Source: an uncultured virus (IMG/VR IMGVR_UViG_3300045912_000307) (taxonomy: Duplodnaviria > Heunggongvirae > Uroviricota > Caudoviricetes). Taken from it: 20,000 bases of DNA. Below the pieces are notes generated by a model. The model ran no database searches, had not been told where the DNA came from, and saw nothing but the letters and a program-made list of their open reading frames with translations. The translations under genes and the position numbers were made by a program. Location: the IMG/VR virus record IMGVR_UViG_3300045912_000307. One strand, given 5' to 3'. Positions 1-7,700 of the stretch are shown piece by piece; position 1 is the first letter of the stretch, and each line of letters starts with the position of its first letter.

Positions 1-378
1 TATAGAGCTAAAAGTTTGTATAGAGGAGCTAAACAAAGAGCTAAACTAAAAAATATACCTTTTGATTTAACAGTAGTTTGGATTTATGATAAACTACTAG
101 CTGGTAAATGTGAAGTTACAGGTATTGAATTTGTTATAAAAAAATATTCTAGTAGATTAAAAAATGGTTATGAAAAAGTTCATCCATTTGCTCCTAGTTT
201 AGATCAAATAAAACCTAGTAAAGGTTATACTAAAGACAATGTTCAAGTTGTTTGCGATCAATTTAATAAATTCAAAAACGATCGGGATATTGTTCATACT
301 TATAAAATCGCTAAAGCTTATGTCGAGTCTATTAAATCCAAATATTCATTGCAAGTTAAGAAATTAGAATTTAACTAA
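1..378 (+). CDS. HNH-like (His-Me finger) phage endonuclease, probably homing type; 5'-truncated
   Basis: The frame is open from base 1 (YRAKSLYRGAKQRAK...), so the TTG at 16 is probably not the true start. The motif series AK.RAK.KNIPFDLT, CEVTG and PSLDQIKPSKGYTKDNVQVVC..FN.FK matches the phage 'SLDRID..GY...NV..VC...N..K' HNH-like family. TAA at 376-378. Confidence 0.75.
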   Translation, partial: YRAKSLYRGAKQRAKLKNIPFDLTVVWIYDKLLAGKCEVTGIEFVIKKYSSRLKNGYEKVHPFAPSLDQIKPSKGYTKDNVQVVCDQFNKFKNDRDIVHTYKIAKAYVESIKSKYSLQVKKLEFN

Positions 379-392
379 TTAAATTATTTACT

Positions 393-446
393 TAACTAAA
401 AGTGTGTTATAATTGTCTAAAATAGCAATTATAACACTTTTAGTTA
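393..446. repeat. Long intergenic inverted repeat (hairpin/cruciform), about 21-bp stem
   Basis: The left arm TAACTAAAAGTGTGTTATAATTG (393-415) is the reverse complement of CAATTATAACACTTTTAGTTA (426-446) apart from a 2-nt bulge. The 10-nt loop TCTAAAATAG can add three more pairs (CTA/TAG). Confidence 0.9.
405..413 (+). promoter_or_regulatory. Extended -10-like element TGTTATAAT, mirrored on the - strand at 428-436
   Basis: A perfect TGnTATAAT match lies about 70 nt upstream of the ATG at 484. There is no convincing -35, the background is AT-rich, and the likely host group uses a different promoter consensus. Confidence 0.3.
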
Positions 447-483
447 TTTAATCGAATATAAACAACATAAATAGTAATTAACT

Positions 484-3400
484 ATGGCGATAATAAGTGG
501 GTTTAAATCAGCTACAGTAGATGATGTTAAGCCGTTTCAGCTACCTATAGATGAAATGGCAAAAGGTTTATTAGCAATTGATACTAGAGCTACTGCAGCA
601 AAAAACGCTTTAGCTACTGCTACAAGTTCTTTAAACATACCCCTTCGTGATAATGTTGAAGATTGGAATCTATTTGATACTATTGTAAAAGAATTTGATC
701 AAGAGAAGAATAAATTAATAGATTCAGTAGGCGGTGATTTTTCTAAGTTAAATATTGCAGATTTACAAAAATTAGCTTTAGATAAAGCACAAGATCATAG
801 ATTTAGACAATTAGTAAGTGCTAAGAAAAATGCTGATGAGTTTCAAGAGCAATTGAATAAAATGCAAGCTGCTGGAAAAGTACCTGTAACTTTTGGTATT
901 AATCCTCTTTATGATTCTCTTTATGATGAAAACGGTAGATTTAGATTTATGAATCAGTATGAAATAATGGAAGATCAAGATATAGAAGAACCTGCACAAA
1001 AAATGTTTAATAATTTAGGTCATAGTCTTGAAGAAGCTATTAAATGGCATCATAGTTCTGCTTTCTTAACTAAAGAGCAGCAAGAACAATTCTGGTATGA
1101 TTTCTGGCAAAAAGACTGGTCTAAAATTAAAGATAATTATCCTAACATTTCTGCTGTTATTAAAGATGGAGCTAAACAATTGATGAATGAACCAGCTGGT
1201 AGAGTTCATCAAAGAAAGCTTTATACTATGTATTCTAAGCAGTTTCCAACTAAGTCCAGACAGGAAGTTGATCAAATGATCGAAGATGACTTTGCTAAAA
1301 TCTTAATAAGAATTGGTAATTCTAGAAGAATAAGAGAATTAAATAAAACAAGTGATAGAAATTATAATCAAAAACCACAACAACCTTCTGTAGGTTCACC
1401 AGGTATGCCTTCTGGTAAAGGATCAAAAGTAGAAGCACCAGAACGTTTGAATATTAAAGCGCAAGAGTTTACATATACAGCTCCTGGATTTAATTACTTA
1501 AATCAAATAAGTCCTGGTGAAGCTTCAAGACATATTCTTAATACTGATATTAATCTTGCTAATTCAGGTATTAACTGGTCTCAATTCGATCCAGCTAACA
1601 TTGGTTCTATTGATAATATTAACTTGTTAGGTCAGTACTTATTAGCTGTACCTACTTTTGATAAAAAGATAGAAGTTAAAGGTCTTGGTGGATTTGATTT
1701 TGCAGGAGGTATTTATCAAGCTGCGCAAAATACAGTAATAATTGGTGGTAATGAAAAAGAAAAATGGAGAAATAATCCTACTGTGTTACCTATGCTTAAA
1801 GGTGATAATTTTGGATCAGCTGTAACATTACCTACTGGATATTTTATGGCAGATGGTAAAAGTTACAATGACATTCTTAATAACAATGATATTGCTTATA
1901 ATACAATTAGACAAGCTATTGAAAATAATCAAACTTATATTCTTGAACAAGATTACGCTAGAGCTTTAGCTAGAGAAGCTGGTGTTACTAGTGATAAAGA
2001 TAAAAACTACGTTGAAACAATGAAAACAGTTTCTGCTATTATTCAGCAACGTAGAAACTTTTCTCAAGGTAATTCAATGTATAATTTTAATATTAATCCT
2101 GATACAGGATTACCAAGTATTGGTGTAGATAAAACTCTTTACACAGTATTACAACTATTAGACGAAGATCGTAAAGAAGTAGATGCTGAAGGTAAACCTA
2201 CTCGTGCTGCACAATTAGCTGAACTACGTTATCAAAAACTAAGTGCTAAGATTAAAGCTGCTGAAGAATTTAGAAACAATTCAGGTAGAGCTTACTTTGA
2301 AAAAGCTGAAGCTACAATGAGAACTAAAGCTGAACAAGCTGCTACTTTTGATATGATTGATGATACTCATAGAGTAGCTGCTGGTATGAAAGAAAATGAA
2401 TACTTTATTATGGGTAATGAAGGAAAGAAAAGTAAACTAGAGGATAAAAAAGAAGCAGATATATTGTATAAAAAAGCTATAGTGACAACTGCTTACGCTA
2501 TGAGTAATTCTTCAATTAGCGGTGTTAGATTTAAACTTGACTATGCTGATTTGTCTGAAAGTACAGATAGTCTAAAAAATAAATTAGGAGATACTATGTT
2601 AAATATTACTGAAAAGATCTTAAGAAGAGAATTTCGTTTAGAAGATTATTTAACAAAAGAAGAAATAGAAGAAGGTACATCTGATCGTCTTTGGAGTTTT
2701 GTATTATCAAAATCATTATTATCTAAGTTTTTTAGTGAAATAGAAATAGAAGAGTTAGAAAAACAGGGAGTTATTAGGGGAGGTTTTTCAAGTATGGCAA
2801 ACCCTATTTTATCAGATATAGCTCACCTGTTATATTACTATTTTGAACCTGATAGTAGCGGTAAGACAATTACTTACACTAACCAAGAAGCTCCTAATGA
2901 ATATAATCAAAAACTTCAATCATCAATTATCGAAAGTTTAAAGCAAAACAAAAGCATATCACCAGCTGCTTTAAGATATTATGAATCACTAACTAAATCT
3001 AAATTAAATAGAGAAGCAGCTTTAACATACAGAATGTTTAATGAAACAGATCCTGATACTAAACACTATGCTGAAAATATTAAAAGTTTAGTTGTTAATA
3101 AAATAATGGCAGATGGTACAGCTGATACTCCTATCTATAGAGCTCATTATAATAGTAACAACACTAAAGTATTAAGAGAACAAGCTCCTATTCACTTGTT
3201 AAAAGATCAGCTTAGAGAGTTATACGATAAGATTAATGAGAAGAATACTACAGGTAAACTACCTTCTTATGAAGATTTTATTAAAGACTCTGTTACAGTA
3301 CTAGGAGTTACATGGGAACCAGGTCAAACAGGTTCTGATGACGGATGGGTAGTTGGTTTTCAAGTAACAATTGATGGTACTAAACACCATTGGCAAATAC

Positions 3401-3924
3401 CAGTATCTCAAACAGAATTACCAATGACTGTAAGAACTATGTTAGGTTTTGATAATCTTGAGTTAAAGTATTCTCCTATTGTCCAACAAAGTTTAAAACA
3501 AAATGGAGGATTATTTTATGATTTAGATTCTAGAGCTGAAGGAAGCAGTCCTATGAGAGTTTTTGTAGCTCATGCTCCTATGACTTTACGAGGTGTAAAT
3601 GGTGATATGGTTTCATTACAAGTAGGTCAAAGATATATTATTGGTTCAGGTAACCCTGCTATAGATCCGACAAACGCTTCAGAAGCTGGTATTCGTGCGT
3701 TTAAAAACGATCATGAAGCCTGGATGTATTATGATAGAAATAAAGCTTACGGTAAAAACTATCATGATTTAGTGTTTTTAAATAGCATATTAAAACAAAT
3801 GGCTTTAGCTAGATCGCCTCAAGAAAAACTAGCTATATCATATAGAATGACTGGTAAATATTTAAGTGAAGAAGCAATTAGAGCATTGATGCTTAAAAAA
3901 GCTGAAGAAAACCGGTCAAAGTAG
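484..3924 (+). CDS. Large putative virion cargo/ejection protein (1146 aa)
   Basis: Long ORF with an AT-rich leader lacking an SD. The N-terminal 'KPFQLPIDEM' plus helical segment resembles crAss-like internal virion proteins (recognised from memory, not searched). It has a P/G/S linker near aa 296-316 and no cysteine seen, and it precedes a muramidase and giant genes. Ends TCA AAG TAG. Confidence 0.6.
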   Translation: MAIISGFKSATVDDVKPFQLPIDEMAKGLLAIDTRATAAKNALATATSSLNIPLRDNVEDWNLFDTIVKEFDQEKNKLIDSVGGDFSKLNIADLQKLALDKAQDHRFRQLVSAKKNADEFQEQLNKMQAAGKVPVTFGINPLYDSLYDENGRFRFMNQYEIMEDQDIEEPAQKMFNNLGHSLEEAIKWHHSSAFLTKEQQEQFWYDFWQKDWSKIKDNYPNISAVIKDGAKQLMNEPAGRVHQRKLYTMYSKQFPTKSRQEVDQMIEDDFAKILIRIGNSRRIRELNKTSDRNYNQKPQQPSVGSPGMPSGKGSKVEAPERLNIKAQEFTYTAPGFNYLNQISPGEASRHILNTDINLANSGINWSQFDPANIGSIDNINLLGQYLLAVPTFDKKIEVKGLGGFDFAGGIYQAAQNTVIIGGNEKEKWRNNPTVLPMLKGDNFGSAVTLPTGYFMADGKSYNDILNNNDIAYNTIRQAIENNQTYILEQDYARALAREAGVTSDKDKNYVETMKTVSAIIQQRRNFSQGNSMYNFNINPDTGLPSIGVDKTLYTVLQLLDEDRKEVDAEGKPTRAAQLAELRYQKLSAKIKAAEEFRNNSGRAYFEKAEATMRTKAEQAATFDMIDDTHRVAAGMKENEYFIMGNEGKKSKLEDKKEADILYKKAIVTTAYAMSNSSISGVRFKLDYADLSESTDSLKNKLGDTMLNITEKILRREFRLEDYLTKEEIEEGTSDRLWSFVLSKSLLSKFFSEIEIEELEKQGVIRGGFSSMANPILSDIAHLLYYYFEPDSSGKTITYTNQEAPNEYNQKLQSSIIESLKQNKSISPAALRYYESLTKSKLNREAALTYRMFNETDPDTKHYAENIKSLVVNKIMADGTADTPIYRAHYNSNNTKVLREQAPIHLLKDQLRELYDKINEKNTTGKLPSYEDFIKDSVTVLGVTWEPGQTGSDDGWVVGFQVTIDGTKHHWQIPVSQTELPMTVRTMLGFDNLELKYSPIVQQSLKQNGGLFYDLDSRAEGSSPMRVFVAHAPMTLRGVNGDMVSLQVGQRYIIGSGNPAIDPTNASEAGIRAFKNDHEAWMYYDRNKAYGKNYHDLVFLNSILKQMALARSPQEKLAISYRMTGKYLSEEAIRALMLKKAEENRSK

Positions 3925-3963
3925 GTGAGCCGCAAGAAAAGATACCTACTGCGGCTGTAGGTG
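3916..3963 (+). other. Candidate -1 programmed ribosomal frameshift signal (A_AAG slip site plus downstream stem/pseudoknot)
   Basis: TCA_AAG_TAG at 3916-3924. Six nt after AAG, AGCCGCA (3928-3934) pairs with TGCGGCT (3950-3956). ACCTAC (3944-3949) is complementary to GTAGGT at both 3921-3926 and 3957-3962. The -1 frame is open from 3906 straight into the muramidase ORF. Confidence 0.65.
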
Positions 3964-3971
3964 AAGAAGAA

Positions 3972-4688
3972 ATGGTTAAAAATACAGCTAGAAAATATAA
4001 ACCTTTAATTAGAACATTTGTAAATGAAGAAGGATTACCTAAAGAAGCTGAAGATATAATGACTGTACTGATTAGTAACGAATCAGGCGGTCAATTAATA
4101 AACCCTAAAACAGGTGTTATTCATTTAAGATTTGAAGGGCATATTTTCCAACAAAAAATGGTAGAATTAAAAGCTAATGAATTAATGAGACAAGGTGTTG
4201 CTCCGGATAAAGCGATGAAAGCTGCTCAAGATTACGTATTAAGTTTAAAAAACAGTGATAAAAATGCTTTATTTTATGATAAAGTAGATCAACATCCAGG
4301 TACTTCAGGACAAGCAGAATTAAATAGATTAAAGAAAGCTTATGAGCTTAATCCTGAAGCTGCTGCTATGGCTACAGGATTAGGTTTAACTGCTATTCAA
4401 GGGGTTAATTATAAGTTATTAGGATTTAATACTGGTAAAGAATTATTAGATTATGTACTTTCTAATCCTAAAGATGAAGATTTTATTAGATGGCAAGCCA
4501 GAATAATAAAAAATAATATTGATTACTTTAAATCAAAATACAAAAGAAATCCAACTGAAGAAGAAATAGTAGCAATGTATCAAGCAGGACCTGGTAATCC
4601 TAATTTATATCAAGATAAAGGTAATAAAATTGCTCAAGACTATATTGAAAAATATAGAAGACGCAAAGCATATATAAGCGGTTATTAA
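3972..4688 (+). CDS. N-acetylmuramidase-like peptidoglycan hydrolase (DUF3380/PF11860-like, lysozyme fold); frame open from 3906
   Basis: Motifs ESGG (candidate catalytic Glu at 4080-4082), LRFEGHIF and AAAMATGLGLTAIQGVNYKLLGF parallel the DUF3380 consensus ES.G...ILFERHIF...SASWGLFQIMGFNY..LG. The C-terminal 'AMYQAGPG...DY' resembles lysozyme-fold YNxG motifs. Confidence 0.75.
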   Translation: MVKNTARKYKPLIRTFVNEEGLPKEAEDIMTVLISNESGGQLINPKTGVIHLRFEGHIFQQKMVELKANELMRQGVAPDKAMKAAQDYVLSLKNSDKNALFYDKVDQHPGTSGQAELNRLKKAYELNPEAAAMATGLGLTAIQGVNYKLLGFNTGKELLDYVLSNPKDEDFIRWQARIIKNNIDYFKSKYKRNPTEEEIVAMYQAGPGNPNLYQDKGNKIAQDYIEKYRRRKAYISGY

Positions 4689-4702
4689 TAAATATTTTAA
4701 AC

Positions 4703-7700
4703 ATGAATGAAGATATACTCAATAAGATAGCTGAAGACCAGAAAGAATATGATCAGTTTCTTAAGAGTCAACAAGAGAAATTACAAGGTTCTATTCCTCC
4801 TCCATCTTCTACAGGAGAAATAGGTAATGTAGGTAGTAATGCTCCTTTTATACCTAAAGTACCTAAAGAAGTAACGTATCAACAATCTGTTAATAATTAC
4901 TTCAATAGCACTTCTATTGAAGATCAAATGAAAGAACTTGAAGATGTTCTAGCTAAGAAAAAAGAGTTAGAACAATTACAAGAAATGTATAAAGAAGATA
5001 AATGGGGTGTTGATTGGAAAAAAAGATATGAAGATGAAGGATCTGGTCCTTCATCAGCTAGTACTATATTTGATTCTGATTATGCTGAATACGATAGATT
5101 ACGTGTTACTGATAGAAGAGATCCTGAATATTTACAAGAACAATTAGCAGCTAATCAAAGTACTAGTGAGCAATTAGGAAGAGGTCTTAATAAGTTGTTT
5201 TGGAATACATTGTATCAAACTGTAGGTGGTATAGGTGCAATGTTTGATTTTGAAGACCATTTTAATCAAGATGATGAAGTAGGTAACTGGTTAACTGATT
5301 GGGCAAATAAGCAACAACAAGCTGTTGATGATGCTAACAAAATATATAAATCAAACAATAGATCATGGTCTTCATTAGCATGGTGGATAGATAATGGTGT
5401 TAATCTAGCATCTAGTATGTTATCATTTGCAGCGCAAGGTGCTGCTTTAGGTTATGCTCTATCACCTCTTAAGTTTGTACAGTTTTTAAGTAAAGGTAAA
5501 AAGTTAGCTGAGACAGCTGCTGCAGCTGAAAAAAGTGGTAAGCTTTTAAAAGCTGCTCAAAAATTTGAAGATGGTGCTAAAACTTTTATTACATCTGCTA
5601 TGCTAAATCAAGCAGAATCTATTATGAGTGCTACTGATGTTTACAGTAGAACTTATAAAGAAGCTATTGATAGAGGTTATTCTGATGAATATGCTAGAAA
5701 AGTTGCTGCAGCATCTGCTACACAAACTATTGCTGTTAATAAAGCTAACATTATGCTTAATTTAACCTCAGCTAATATGTTTACTAGAGGTTTTAAATCA
5801 GTAGCAGATGCTTATAAACAAAGCTTATGGAAACAAAGTTTAAAAGAAGCTATACAAGAATCTGCTGAAGAGCTTATTAATATGAAAGCTGAAAAAGCAG
5901 GTGAAGAAATTGCAAAAACTTACATGGATAACTCTTTCTTTAGTGGTCCTGATAAAATTCAAATTGGTGATTTAAAAATAACTCCTGAAACAGCAAGATA
6001 TAATGCACAAGCTGAAGCTAATAAAACAGATGTAAGATATAAAGCACAAGACCTAGGAATATTTACTCCTATGGTTCAGTCTATGTATAATAGTAAAACA
6101 GGAAATTTTAATCCGTTTTATAATATAGAAGCTGGTGAAGCATTAGAAACAGTATTTTGGGGTGCTTTAGGTGGAGCAGGACAAACTGCTATTGTTAAAG
6201 GCGGATTAGATAAGCTTGGATCATCTGAAGGATTTCTTTCTAAAATACCAGGTGTAGGTGCTTTAAATGAAAAACTATTTGGTAGTGAAATACATAAAGT
6301 AGCTGAAGAAGATGTTTACGATCCTTACAGTGGTACTTTGTTATTTAGAAAAGGAGAACCTATGTATGAAACTCAAAATGCTACATACAAAGAAAATCAA
6401 GCTTATCAAGAAGGAGATATTATCACTGAAGATATAAAAGATAAAGATGGTAATGTAATTCTTAAGGTAGAAAAAGATGATCAAGGTAAGCCTATTCCTA
6501 CTTCTATAACAGAGGAACAAGCTGCTAATCTTGCTAAAGCTAATGTTTATAAACATAAAGCTGGTGATGTTATTACAAGAGAAGTTTACGATGAAAATGG
6601 TGTACTTAAAGAAGTTATTACAGCTAAAGAATTAAAGTTAGATGAGAAAGGTCAACCTATTCTTGTTAAAGAAGTAGGTAAAGACGGTAAACCACGTAAG
6701 TATAGTAAAAGTGAGATGGAAGAAATTAACTATCAAAGACAGCTAGCTAAAGAATCAGAAATGAAAAGTCAAGCTGTAGCTCAAGCAAAACTTATTGCTT
6801 CAGCAGAACTTAAAAGAGCTGTTGACGATGTTAATACACAACTTGAAGAATTAAGAAGTAGAAACTGGGAAAATAAAGAAGATCAAAAAGATTTCTTATT
6901 AACTAAGTTATCTAAAAATATAGCAGCTGTAGAATTAGCTACAGAAGGTAATACTAATATTACTACTGAAATGCTTGAAGCTAAAGAAAAAGAAATAAGA
7001 GCTAAGCTTGAAGATCCTAGTTTTGATTTAAATGAGTTAAATGCTATTCAAACTAAATACGCTGCTTTATCTCACTATAATACTACTCTTAATGCAATTG
7101 ATAATGGTCAAGAAGAAATGTTATTAAGAATATGGGATGATATTGGTAAAATGACTAAAGAACAAGCAGCTGAAAAAGGTTTACCTGATAATTATGCTGA
7201 AGTAGCAGAACAACAAAAAGCTGAAATAAAAAGAATATCTAACATTTACTACAGTAATAGAATGAAAAAAGGTTATGCTGTAGGTAGAGCTGCTACAATG
7301 AATAGATTAAGATATGAACAAAATGAAAAAATACTTAGTAAGATTAACGATGATATAGATAAAAGACATGATGAAGCTTTTCAAAGATACTTAAAGTACA
7401 ATAAAGTGCCTAAAGAATTAGAACTAGAGCACAGAGAGAAGTTTAATGAAATGATTCAAAAACGTAGAAAACTTGATGAAGAATTAGAAAATGATCCTGA
7501 ACTTAATAAAATAGCTAAAGAAATTGAAGATCTTAAAAAGAAAAGAAATGAATTAGAAGAAAAGATTAAACAGGAAGCAGAGAATAGAAAAAAGAAAGAA
7601 GATGTAGCACTTAAAGAAAAACAAATTCAAGAAGCTAAAGCTAAATTGCTAGATGATCTTAAAAAAGCTTTAGCTGCAGAATTAGCTAGACCACCCGAAG

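Noticed and set aside
3894..3905. T AAA AAA G run as the frameshift site
   Set aside because: A -1 slip here meets TGA at 3903-3905 almost immediately, so it cannot produce the fusion.
3922..4008. TAG reassignment or readthrough (alternative genetic code known in some crAss-like phages) joining the 1146-aa ORF to the muramidase
   Set aside because: Reading through TAG stays in frame 1, meets a second TAG and then TAA within about 28 codons, and never enters the muramidase frame. The giant ORFs contain no in-frame TAG or TGA, so the standard code 11 fits.
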